Shown here in pieces: positions 47,661 to 59,701 of a stretch of DNA of 64,000 bases. This DNA comes from Lama guanicoe. Its lineage: Eukaryota. Where the stretch lies: NCBI GenBank assembly GCA_013239625.1, contig MU053334.1, positions 62,001 through 126,000 on the forward strand, given 5' to 3'. The notes beneath the pieces were generated by a model. It was not told the DNA's origin, did no database searches, and was given only the letters and a program-made list of their open reading frames with translations. How positions within the stretch are numbered: the stretch's first letter is position 1; every line of letters starts with the position of its first letter. Made by a program: the position numbers and the translations under genes.

Positions 47661-49143
47661 TGGCATCTCACTGTTGTCTTCTTTACACATATTTTTAAAC
47701 AGCTACTGTGGCCTCGTCTTGCACAAATTTGGCAAATTTAAACCCCTAAACTTTAACAGCACTGACCAATTAATTACATTCATGAGAACACTTCAAACTC
47801 CAATTACTAATTTAACCAGTCAGATTTCTTAGAAATTCAAACACTTAAGGGACCAGGCAGATCTTCATAAGAAAAATCTTACTATTAAAAAAAAATTAAC
47901 GTGCAGTGCAATGGACTTCTAAAAAATTTACATACGGTGAAATTAAGATACGGTTAAAAAAATGAATTTTGACGCAGGTATAGATTTGTGTAACTACGAC
48001 CCCAATCAGGGTACAGAACAACTCCACGACCAGAGAATCCCCTCCTGCTGCCCTGGGTGGTCACATGCACTGCCCTGAGTGACTTGGGTCACACCTGCTT
48101 GAGGTCACAGGAGCACAGAGGGACAGACTGAGAGTGAGATGGGTTCCAAGTGGGGGGCTGAGGCCACGGAGAGGCGGGCTGTGTCTTGCACACACTGTGG
48201 CCGCTCACCCTCACGCTGGTGGCCCTGAAATGTGGCAGGTAAGAGCCCCACGCCCTGCCAGGCGACTGGAACCAGGAAAGAGATGCCTGAAGAACTGCGA
48301 CACATGCAGCTCAAGCCTGGCCTGGCTGGATGCTGCTTTGAAACGCACAACGCGAGCCACACAAAATGGCACTTCCCACCCACAGATTCAGGAGGAGCTG
48401 CAGGGGGTTCTCAGGACTCAGGCCCCAGCTGGGTCCTCGTCACAAATGCACAGAGGAAATTCGGCTTCTGTGAGCAGCTATGCAAGGCCTCAAATGGGAC
48501 CTCACTCTGTGTGTGTGTTGGAGGGGGGATTCCTACTAATAGCCAATTTCTGGGTCCAGGAGTCGCAGAGAGAATAAGCAGCTTTATTTTTCCAGAGTCA
48601 AAGGTAGGAGGGAGCATATTGCAAGCATGTTAATTTACCTCACGGAGACATACTTCTACTAAATAAGCAAAGCACAGAAAATATTCTCCACTCTTCCACT
48701 GAGATTTAAATGTCAAGTTCAAGTAAACTATATCTACTCTCAGTTCTACCTTAGGAGGTTGTAGGAGGACATTGAAAGGAATGATTTCTCTCAAATCTAC
48801 AACTGCTCCGCTCTTCCCTGCGAAATCCAGTGTGACATAGGCTACATCTGGCTGGATGCTTTCAGGAAGTGAGCCAGGGACCCACAGTCCTACAGTGTAA
48901 GCTTACTGTGGCCACCATGAACATCCCCTTTATTATCCTTGAGAATTAAACCCATGCAGACGTAGCCCGGGCAGTCGGACGAGCTCCCATGCGTCACTGC
49001 TCGGCTTCAGTCGTGGACCAGTGTTCTCCACCCCATCAACTGTCTCTCTTTTTTTCCAGCTAATTTGGGAGCAGATCTCAGAAATATTATCATTTCATCT
49101 GCAAGGATTTCAGTATCGATCCCAAAAAGGTAAGGACTGTCAG

Positions 49144-49290
49144 GGGGAAGGGTACAGCGCAGTGGTGGACTGTGTGCTTAGCATGCACAAGGTCCTGGTT
49201 CAATCCCCAGTACTGCCATTAAAAATTTTTTTAATGAAATAATTAAATAAACCTAATCATCTCCCCCACCAAAAAAACCAAAACAAAACG
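49144..49290 (+). mobile_element. tRNA-derived SINE (camelid-type)
   Basis: ggggaagggtacagcgcagtggtggactgtgtgcttagcatgcacaaggtcctggttcaatccccagtac, then an A-rich linker, aaacctaatcatctccccc and an A-rich tail. Confidence 0.85.
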
Positions 49291-49679
49291 AAGATGAAGG
49301 CTGTCAGTTGTCGACTCCCCCACAAAGATCACCAAGGAAACGTGCTGATCAAATGAAGCTGAGTTATCGAGGCCAAGCAAGGATGAACATGAACCCACAG
49401 GCCTGGGAATGGTTCGGATGGGGGTTGGGAGGAGGCTGTCATAGGGACTTGGGTTCAGGGCTCGGCTGCCTGAAGAAGGGTCTTTCAGAGCAGAACTGGC
49501 AGGGACTGAGGAAAGGCTGTGAGCAGCTTAGGGCTGGGAACACAGGGAGAAAACAGTCAGTGTTAATCTGGTGAAACTCATCAGTGTTCTCCTATTTCGT
49601 GGGCGGATGATGTCTCCCAGGTGTCACCTCCTGAAGCATCACTGTTTCACGTAGATCTGGAATTTATCTAGTACATGAC

Positions 49680-52600
49680 GTCAGGTGGTGACTCCATTTC
49701 ATTTTTTTCTCTGTGGCTGTCGCCGATGTCCAGGGTTAGTTACTGAACAGACCGTACCTCGTCCACTGCCCTGAAGTCACTGTCACTGTGACTCAGCTGT
49801 CTGTGTACATACGGGTCTCCTTCTGGCCTCCCTGTAATAAGCCTTTGGCCCACCTGCCGTTCCTTGTACTGTCTTAGCTGCAATGCCTCAGTTCCTTCAC
49901 TCTCCTAATGACGCTATTTTATTCTTAATATCTAAGTGATCAAATCCGTTCACCCTGTTTTTCTTCAAGAGTGTCTTTGTTGTTTCTGACCCTCTGCATT
50001 TCCATGTAAATTGTAGAATCTGCTTGTCAGGGTCGACAGGAAGATGCCGTTAGGAGATTGATGGAAACTGCATCAAGTTGCTAGCTCACTTCTAGAACTG
50101 TATCAAGCTGTGCCTTTGAATTGCATTTCCCCGATGATGAGTGACATGGGGCATCTTTCATGTGCTTCTTGGTCATTTGTGATCTTCTTTGGAGAAATAT
50201 CTGTTCAGTCCTTTGCCCATTTTTAAATTGGGTTGTTTGTCTTGTTGTTGAGTTGCAGAAGTTCTTTATATGTAATGGATATTAGACTCTTACCAGATTG
50301 ATATTTAAATATTTTACATATATTTCACTCTCCTGATAGTGTCCCTTGATGCACAAATGACTTCAATTTTTATAAAACCCAATCATCTATTTATTGATTT
50401 TATTTGTGCTTTCAGTGTTATATTTAAGAAAGCACTGCCAACTCCAAGGTCATGAAGATTTGCCCCTAAATTTCCTTCTAAGAGTTGGATAGTTTTAGAT
50501 CATGTATGTAGGTCTTTGATCCATTTTGAGTTATTTTTTTAAAATATTTTATTTTATACTATTTTTTCCCATTCTTTTTAATTGAAGTATAGTCAGTTTA
50601 CCATGTTGTGTCAGTTCTGATATACAGCGTAATGCTCCACTCATACACATACATGCATCTGTTTGTTTTCGTGTTCTTTTTCATCATAGGTCACTACAAG
50701 ATGTTGAATATAGTTTCCTGCGCTACACAGAATAAACATGTTGTTTAGCTATTTTACATATAATAGTTAGTACTTGCAAATCTTGAACTCCCAATTTATC
50801 CCTCCCACCCCCTTTCCCCTCGTAAGTTTGTTCTCTATGTCTGAGTCCATTTCTGTTTCATAAATAAGCTCATTGGTGTCTTTTTTTGAGATTCTACGTA
50901 GAAGTGATATCATATCTTATTTTTCTTTCTTTTTCTGGCTTACTTCACCTAGAATGACCATCTCCAGGTCCATCCACATTGCTGCAAATGGCATTATTTT
51001 ATTCTTTTTTATATGGCTGAGTAGTATTCCATTGTATAAATATACCACAATGTCTTTATCCAGGCACCTGTTGGTGGACATTTAGGTTGTTTCCATGTCT
51101 TGGCTATTGTATATAGTGCTGCTATGAACACTGGGGTGCAGGCGTCTTTTCAAATTGTATTTTTCTCCAGATATATGTCCAGGAGTGGGATCACTAGATC
51201 ATAGGGTAAGTCTGTTTTTAGTTTTTTAAGGAACTTCCATACTGTCCTCCATAGTGGCTGCATCAATTTACATTCCACCAACAGTGTAGGAGGTTTCCCT
51301 GTTTCTACTTTGACTTAATTTTTGTATGTCGTATGAGGTAAGGGTTCAACTTCATTGTTTTGCTGGTGGATATCCAGTTGTCCCAACACCATGTGTTGAA
51401 AAAACTCTCCCTTCCCCATTAAACAGTCCTGACAGCCTTGCTGAAAATCAGTTGATCACAGATGGGTGGGTTTATATCTGAGTCCGCAGTTCTATTCCAT
51501 TGATCTTTGTGTCTGTCCTTAATGCCAGTACCATACTGCCTTGATTCCTGTATCTTTAGAGTAAGTTTTGAAACTGGCAGCTGTGCCAAATTTTTCTTTT
51601 TCAAGATTGCTTTGGTTATTTGGGGTTCCTTGAAATTCCATATGAATTTTAGGATTGGTTTTTCCATTTCTTAAAAAGTCTATTGGGCTTTGATAGGGAG
51701 CACATCAAATTTGGGGATTCTGTGGTGAGAAAAACTATCTTAACAATATTAAGTGTTTCAATCCACAAAGATTAGATTTACTTATTTATGCCTTCTTTAA
51801 TCTTTTCCAGTAATGTTTTGTGGTTTTCAGTGTACAGGTCTTTTCACCATCTTGGTTAAATTTATTACTAAGTATTTTATTCTTTTTGATGCTATTGCAA
51901 ATGAGTTATTTTCTTAATTTCATTTTTGGATTGTTTGTTGCTAGGGTATAGAAATATAACTGGTTCTTATATGTCAATTTTATATCTTACAGCATTACCA
52001 AATTTGTTCATTCACTCTAACAGATTTTGTTTTTGTTTGTTTGTTTTTTAGGATTTTCCATATGTAAGATCATGCCATCTGCAAATAAGAATAATTTTAT
52101 TTTTTCCTTTTCAATTTTGGATCCCTTTTATTTCTTTTTCTCGCCTAATTGCTCTGGCTAGCACTTCCAGCACATGCTGAGTAGAAGCAGCAGTGGTGGG
52201 TCTCTTTGTCTTTTTCCTGATCTCGGGGGAAAGCTTCCAGTCTCTCATAATGGAATATTACGTTAGTTGTGTGTTTTTTCTAGATGACCTTTATCATATT
52301 GCAGAGGTGTCTTTCTATTCCCAATCTAGTCTTTTTATCATAAAAGGGTGTTGGATTTTACCAAATGCTTTCTCTACATCAATTGAGATGATTAAACTTT
52401 TCCTCCATTCTATTAATGTGATGTATTACATTCATTGAGTTTTGTCTGTTGAATCACTCTTGCATTCCTGGGATAAATCCCCACTTGGTCATAGTGTATA
52501 ATCCTTTAAAAAGGCTACTGGATTTGGTTTGATCATACTTTGTGGAAGGGTTTTGTATATATATTTATAAGGGATAGTTGTCTGGAGGCTTCTTGCAGTA

Positions 52601-53290
52601 TCATTACTGTTGAGTTTTGAGTTCTTTATCTGTTTTGTATACAAATTGCTTGCTAGAAATGTGATCTGCTGGTATTTTCCTCCATTGTGTGCCTGGAAGT
52701 TTTTAATTTTAATGAAGTCCACTTTATTGTTTCACTTGTAGATCACGCTTTTGGTGTCACGTCTAAAAACTCTGCCTAATCCCTGGTCACAAAGGTTTTC
52801 ACCCCATCTTCTCTTCAAAAATTTTTATAGTTTTAGGTTTTACATTTAAATCTATGATTTATTTTGTGTTAGTTTCACCTGAAGCATTAGATCAAGAAAT
52901 TTGGTGGGTTTTTACTTGTTTTTTGTTGGTTATGTTGGTGTGAGTCTACTTGTGTGATTTCTATTCTCTTTCCTAGACCTTTGGGTCTGTCTGTCTGTCC
53001 AGCAGTCCCACATGGTCCTGATCACTGTAGCTACATAGAAATTCTAAACACCGAGTCACATGCCTCCTCCAATTTTATTCCTCTCTTTCACAGTCGTTTT
53101 GGGTAATTCTGTTTCTTTTGTTTTTTCACCTAATGTTAAAATCAACTTGTCTATATCTATGAGAAATCCCACTGGAATTTTGACTGCAGATGCATTAAAT
53201 CTATAGATCAGTCTGGGAAGAATTGGAATTTTTGCTTTGCAGAATCTTCCAGTTCATGAACTAGGTATGTCCCAGCTTCTATTTAGGTTA
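49680..53290 (-). mobile_element. Nested LINE-1 fragments
   Basis: AT-rich; minus ORFs EKPILKFIWNFKEPQITKAILKKK..DQWNR..LIFSK and MDFIKIKNF are L1 ORF2-like. A younger L1 3' end is inserted near 50570-51300. Confidence 0.85.
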
Positions 53291-54384
53291 TTTATTTAGC
53301 CCCTGATTGTCAGCCCTGACGCCAAGCCCCTGGTGGCCACAAGTCTAAATGTACTTTACACAAATCTTCAAAATACAAACGCAAAAACTGACGTCGAGGA
53401 ATAGAACTGAATTAGAGAAATATGAAAGCCCACCATTATACTCGGAGAGGTCAGCATTCTTTTCTCAGTAATTAACAGAACAGGTGGGAAACCAGCAAGG
53501 AGAGAGACCTGGAGACACTGACACAGCTCCCCACCCAGCAAGAGCAGATTGCATTCTCTCCAAGTGTATGTGGAACCTTTACCAAGACAGATTATAGTCT
53601 GGGTCATAAAATCAACCTTAACACATTTAAAAGAACTGAGGTTCTACAAAGCATTTTTTTCACCATAAGGGAAAGAAACTAGAAATAAACAATAAAAAGA
53701 AAAACAGGAAAATCTCCAAGCATTTGGAAATTAAACAACCTAGTTGTAAGTAATCTGTGGGCTGCAGAACTCTCAGGGAAAGCACTGGAGATACCTGAGA
53801 ACACCTACATGTGTGGGATGCATCTCAGAGGGAAATTTATAAATACTTACGTTAGAAAAGAACTGTCTCGAACAAATGGCCTTAAGAAGCTTGAAAAAGA
53901 ACAAATTAGGCACAAAGCAAGCAGAAGGAAGGAAATAAAGAGTTGAAATCAGTAAAACTGGAAACACCAACGACAACAAAAAGCTATAGAAAAAAATCAA
54001 AGAAACCAAAAGCTGGCTCTTTGAAAAGATCAGTAAAATCAATTAAACTCTAGCAAGACGGACAAAGAAAAAAAAAAGAAAGATACACTCTACAAATCTA
54101 AGGGATAAAAGAAGTGTCACCAGAGATCTTACAGGAATAAAAAGGATAATAAAGAACATTATAATCAATTCTAGGTCCTTAAATTTGAAAACTAACACCA
54201 ATAGGCCAATTTCCTGGAAGACAGACTACCCCGTTCACTCAAGAAGAAACAGCCTGAACGGTCCTATGTGCATGAAGGGACTGACTTCTTAGTTAAAACC
54301 CATCAAAGGAAACTCCAGGCCCATAGGTTTTGCCCCGCAAATTATTCCAACACTGAAGGGAGAATTAATATCAGTGCCCACAGG

Positions 54385-54702
54385 GTGCCCACAGGGGATT
54401 GTCCAGGCACCCCCACGGACATCAAACTCTGGGGATGCTCACGGCCCTTATATAAAAACGTGTAGTGTCTGCATATAACCGCACACATCCTCTTACAAAC
54501 TTTAGATCTTATAATAGCTGACACATATAACTGCTACATGAACAAGAGCGACTGCGATGGAAATGCTGTGCAAACAGCTGCCAGCACACAGCAAGTCCAA
54601 GTTTTGCTCTGAAATTTTCTGGAGTTAAAAAAATGTGTTTTTTTGTTCCACAGTTTGTCAAATCCACAGATGTACAGCTGAGGGTACGGAGGGCTGACTA
54701 TA
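54385..54702. mobile_element. MER2/Tigger-like DNA transposon remnant
   Basis: 'ggggattg..ggatgctca..cccttatataaaa..tgcatataacc.cacacatcctc' and terminal 'cggagggctgactata'. Confidence 0.65.
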
Positions 54703-55519
54703 GTCTAGCATGGAAAATGGAGCTGAAGGGAGTACCTCCCGGCTCACTTTAGGAAATCAGCACTGCCCTGGTACCAGAACCAGGCAGAAACAATGAAAGG
54801 GAAGAAGCACAGACCAGTGTCTTTCACGAATATAGGCACAAAAATCCTTGACGACAATTACCAAATTGGATCTAGCAATATACAAAAAGGACAGTACATG
54901 ATGACCAAGTAAGATTTGTGTCATAAATGAAAGGCTGGTTCACCATTCAAAACTCAGTCAATGCTCTTCACCACATCAACAGACTAAAATAAGAAAACTA
55001 TGTAATCACCTCAATAGATGCAGTAAAAGTATTTGACAGAATTCAACATCCGTTCATGTTAAAAACTCTCAGGAAACTAAAAATGGAGGAGAACTTCTTT
55101 AATAAGGAACCCAAAACCACAGCTAACAGCATACTTAATGGTGAAAGACTGAACGTTTTCCCCATAAGACTGAGAGCAGTCAAACATGTCTGCTTTTGCC
55201 ATTTCTGAACAACACTGTATTCAAGTCCCAGTCAGGAAAATAAGAGGAAAGAAGAAAGAAGGAAGGAAAGAAAGAAAGAGAGAGAGAGAGACAAACAACA
55301 AGGTCCTGCTGTGGAGCACAGGGAAGTATGTTCAATATCTTGTAATAACCTGAAATGGAAAAGAGTTTGAAAATAGTGTGTATACACATATGCACACGCA
55401 TATAACCTGAATCACTCTGCTGCACACCTGAACTAACACAACACTGTGCATCAGCTATAGTGCAGTTTCTTAAAAGAAAAGAAAGGAAGGGAGGGAGGGA
55501 GGAAGGGAGAGTCATCCAG

Positions 55520-56184
55520 TGCTGCGCCCAGCACACCTCGGGACCGTGTCTGAGGACGGGTGACGCAAGACTTACGAAACAAAGAGACAAAGTAAAAAGC
55601 AAAGATGGGACCAGGGGACTCAAGGTCTCGTGGATCTAGAGCCCCGAAAGCCTGGTCGACATCATATTTATTAGGAGTACACAGCTCAGAAAAGCGATCA
55701 AAGAGCTGGGGCTTTAGATATTCCATGCCATAAGCACTAAGTTCTGCTTGCTGGTTAGCTGATTCATTTCAGGCCCATCCCTTCCAGGAACAGCCACCCC
55801 GGGGTTGCAAAATTTCTGAGTCTATCCTGTCATTGCCTCTGGGACATCTCGAGATAGCAAATACTTCCCCTGGGTTCAACAGCAGCTTTCATGCCAGAAC
55901 AAAGTTCTGTTAGTGGACAATCTGGCTTTCCAAGACTGTCCATTGTTTTGCCCTGAGGAAATATCTGCCCTCCTTCATGCCCTTATGGTCAATGTCAGGA
56001 TTGCTCCTCACAAGTTTTCTTCAGCATAATATGTGCTATAGGTCTTCTACTGCACAAAACATTAAAACAAAGCAAGCACGTGCATTTTAAGCAAGCAAGT
56101 GTGAATATAGTCGTTTAAGCTCATGGAAATTTAGGAGTGGCTTCTTTTCTAGCTGCTTGTTGTCCGGCAGCTTGTTTCCCAGCA
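55520..56184 (-). mobile_element. Solo ERV LTR (665 bp) with 6-bp target-site duplication, ERV2/betaretrovirus-like
   Basis: Termini TGCTG...CAGCA; perfect ATCCAG repeats at 55514-55519 and 56185-56190; AATAAA on - at 55667-55672. L1 sequence resumes directly afterwards. Confidence 0.85.
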
Positions 56185-57419
56185 ATCCAGATAAGGAGGA
56201 AAAAATAAAATTATCGCTATTCATGAACAAGATCATTGTCTATGTAGAAATTCTGAAGCTATAAAAATTCCTTGACTTAATAGTGAGTTCAGAACATTAA
56301 AGGACACAAGGTCAATATACAAAACTCAGTGCCTAAACATGAGCAGAGAACAACTGGAAACCAAAGGTTTCAAAAGCACAACTTACAATTGTGCCAGAAA
56401 ACACAAAATGCTTGGATATAAATCTTACAAAATACGTGCAGGATCTGTGTGCTGAAAACTACAAAATACCAACGAAAGAAATCAAAGAATATCTAAATAA
56501 ATGGAAAGCTATACTATGTTCATGGACTGGAAGACTCAACATTTGTTAAGATGTCAGTTTCCCCAAATAGCTGTATAGATTCAGCACAATCCCAGCCAGA
56601 CTCCCAGCAGGACTTTCTTGTAGCTGTCTGCAAGCTGATTCTAAAACTCACACACACAGACAAAGGAAGCACAATGGCCAACATTTGCAAAAGAACAAAT
56701 TTAGAGGGCCCACACGACCTGATTTCATGACTTGCTCTAAAGCCACAGAAATCAAGACTGCATGTTTTTGTCAGAGTCAGACATGTAGACAATGGAACTG
56801 AGTAGACAGTCAAGAAATAGCCCCACACCGATATGAGCAAGTGATTTTGGACCAAAGTTCAAGGGCAATTCCATGCAGAGAAGGCAGTCTTTTTAACAAG
56901 TGGTGCTAGGACAATTAGACATCTATAGGCAAGAAAAATCAATCTATTAATCAATCAATCACCTCAGCTGATTCCTGACACATAAAACACATAAAAAAAT
57001 TAACTCAAATACAGTTAGGAGAATGAACAGACAAGCTACAGTCTGGGAGGAAACACTTTCAAGTTACATACCTGACGCACACACCCCATTTTAGTGTGCA
57101 ATGACATGTCATTGTGGGTTTCATTGTCCTGTTCCTGACCACTAAGGATGTTGAGTACTTTCTCAAATGCGAATCGACCATTAGGATACCCTCTTTAGTA
57201 ACGTGCCTGATTCAAGAACTTTGCTTTTGCTGATATGGGATTGTCTATCTTGTTGATCTCACAGAGCTCTTCATATATTCTGGATTGGCATTCTTTATCA
57301 GAGATCTATATTGCCTACATCCTTTCCCAGTCTGGTTTGCCTTCTCATTCTCTTTTTGTTTTTTTAACTAGTTTCTTTTTTCTTTCTTTTTTTTAATTTG
57401 AGGTAACTCCAAATTGCTT

Positions 57420-57562
57420 TTATTTATTATTTACTTATTTATTTAGAGAGGGGGAGGTAGGTAGGTTTACTTTTTATTTGTTTTGGGAGGAGGTACTAGG
57501 GGTTGAACTCAGGACCCTGTGCATGGTAAGCACATGCTCTACCACCTGAGCTATACCCTCGC
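57420..57562 (-). mobile_element. tRNA-derived SINE (camelid-type)
   Basis: The reverse complement reads gagggtatagctcaggtggtagagcatgtgcttaccatgcacagggtcctgagttcaacccctagtacctcc. Confidence 0.85.
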
Positions 57563-57907
57563 CTACTGCCTTTTCACCCTTAATGATGGCATGTCTGGGG
57601 ACCGGGAGAGAGATTCCAGGCAGATTGGAGGCTAGACTGGACTCATCACTTGGCACCCACCCCAAGATTACAGAGGCACCCCTGCCTTGGACTTCCGTCC
57701 TGTGAGAGAAGCTTCCTGCCCCCGGCACCAGTATTGAGTTCTCTCGCTGCCTGCCCCTTTACTGATGCACATGAAAGGGACTGAGGGGCTGAATGCGCTC
57801 TGGACCTAGGGGCCTGTCCATAGCACGTCCTGCACACATCTTTCTCATCAGACCTCATGTGATATTGCCGCTTATAAGTATCATTACAACATCTATCCTT
57901 TCTCTTA

Positions 57908-58032
57908 ATTTTTTTTTTGGAGGGGAGGTAATTAGGGTTAGCTATTTATTTTTTGGAGGAGGTACTGGGGATGGAACCCGGGACCCTGTGCGTGCTGAGG
58001 ATGCGTGCTGCCACTGAGCTGCACCCTCCCCC
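57908..58032 (-). mobile_element. tRNA-derived SINE (camelid-type)
   Basis: The reverse complement reads ggggagggtgcagctcagtggcagcacgcatcctcagcacgcacagggtcccgggttccatccccagtacctcc followed by an A tail. Confidence 0.85.
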
Positions 58033-59333
58033 GATCCTTTCTCTTGACTGCACACACCATCCTTGTTTTCTCTTTGCTGGACACATTGTCAGGCCATCTG
58101 GTTGTCCCCTGTGTCCCTGGTGTCTTTGAAATCAGGATCCTTGTTTCCTGCAACACCTCTGTGTTTCAGGTCCACCCTGAGTTTTCTGCCCCCCCCCACG
58201 GTGGAGGGAGTCACCAAGGAAAATGAGGGGCTAGGATGTGAATTAGATGGTCCCGCTGAGGGGTGCAGCTACCTGGCCCACTTCTTGGCCCCTTCCGTGA
58301 CCAGACTCCGGGCTGCAAATGAAAACCCTTGCTGTGCGTTTTCCTTGTATGTTCTTTCTGGGCAGTTTGATAACCTGAGAGAGGACGGTCTGGGCTGACC
58401 GCTCTGCCAGCTCCCAGTGTCCCGTGGATCTGTCCGACCATGCAGCTTTACCCGCGCGGGTCTGGGGCCCTGATCCCCGAGCCCCTCACGCCCCCACAGT
58501 CACCTGTGGGCAGGTGGGGGTGACGGGCCCCTGGGGGCCCCAAGCTCAGCCCTGGGAGGGCGGGAGCACCACACCCAGTGCCCCAGGGAGGCCCCAGGTC
58601 TCGTGAGTCTGTGGGAGACGGGGGTGCAGGGTGAGAGGCTTCTCATTTGGGCCTTTTCTTTTCTCTGTGAAGGTAAAACACGTCTAAAGAGCACAGATAA
58701 ACCCCCTGTGGGCTTATGGCAGCCTTTCCTCCAGTCACGGCCTTCCTGGCTCTGTGAGGGGAGCACTACCTTCCAGGTTTAGAGGGGCGCACAGCTGACT
58801 CAGGGTCTCAGGCTGGGAGGCGATGGAGCCAGGATTCGGGTGGGCCACTCAGCTGCTGGCGGGGACAGAGGTTCAGGCAATGGCCCAGGGTGGAGAGTGG
58901 CTGAGTGTGGTCCCTATGGGTGGAGAGGCTGCTTTGCGGGATGGGGTGCAGGGCCGGGGGCTGGGATCTGCAGTCATTGCAGGGGGATGTGAATGGGTCG
59001 GAGAGGTCGGGCCAGGTTGGGTGTTGAGGGTGAAGGGGTGAAAGAGCACCCAGCTAGCACCACCGGTCATCACAGAGCCCCGGAGGGAGCCTGCAGGAGG
59101 GCCTAGGGCTCAGGTCGCTCAGCGCCTGGTGGAACTGGCCTGAGAAGGATGTTCTCCCCACGCCACGTGAACGGAGTGGAGTGAGAAACAGCCTCACCGC
59201 GCCTCGAGGGCCTCCAGGAGTGTCCTTGAGGAGGAGGCGCCCGGCTTGGGTCCACGCAGGGAGCCGGGTTCTCTGGGGCCGGGTGGGATGGCACTGGCAT
59301 GCGTGCCCGAGGGTCTAAGAGGCGTGGGCCGGC

Positions 59334-59369
59334 CGACCTTCCATCCCTGTCGACCTTCCATCCCTGTCG
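59334..59369. repeat. Perfect 17-bp tandem duplication in the DRD4 promoter
   Basis: CGACCTTCCATCCCTGT x2 plus CG. Confidence 0.95.
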
Positions 59370-59650
59370 CATTCTCGGGGAGCCGACCCGCGCGACCCGC
59401 GTCCCCAGCCGAAGCCTTCTCTGCACGGAGCATTGCTGGGCCCGCCCATGCCAAGCACCTCGCTTAACTCGGATCTCTTTGGGCCACTGGGTTTGTCCAC
59501 CTGCCCTTCTCTCGGGGCGCATAAGTCCAAGACGGGCAGAGGCTGGGCGCACCTTAGCACGCCCCGGGGTCCACCGAGCCGGGCGGGGCCGGACGGGACT
59601 AAGGCCGGGCTGGGCGTGCCCGAGGGGCGGGGCTCCGGGTTCCCGACCTG

Positions 59651-59671
59651 GGCACTGTCCGCAGTGCTGAG
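59651..59671 (-). promoter_or_regulatory. RE1/NRSE (REST)-like element just upstream of the DRD4 ATG
   Basis: Minus strand CTCAGCACTGCGGACAGTGCC versus consensus NTCAGCACCNNGGACAGCGCC (2 mismatches). GC boxes at 59580-59590 and 59624-59632. Confidence 0.7.
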
Positions 59672-59701
59672 CGCCCGCCGGGGCGCGCGGGGCGGTGCGC
59701 C

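Larger units (their letters stand above)
53350..57080 (+). mobile_element. Degenerate LINE-1 ORF2 (endonuclease to RT and C-terminal parts), interrupted by a MER2-like element, a short L1 tail and a solo LTR
   Basis: Motifs 'aaatcaaagaaaccaaaagctggctctttgaaaagatcagtaaaatc', 'tcaatagatgcagtaaaagtatttgacagaattcaacatccgttcatg' and 'gttcatggactggaagactcaacat'. Confidence 0.85.

Noticed and set aside
49144..49215. tRNA-like A-box and B-box sequence
   Set aside because: Followed by a SINE body and A tail and present in four diverged copies, so it is a SINE rather than a tRNA gene.
53290..53350. L1 orientation switch as a possible twin-priming inversion
   Set aside because: No TSDs could be identified and the fragments are old and nested; independent insertions explain it equally well.
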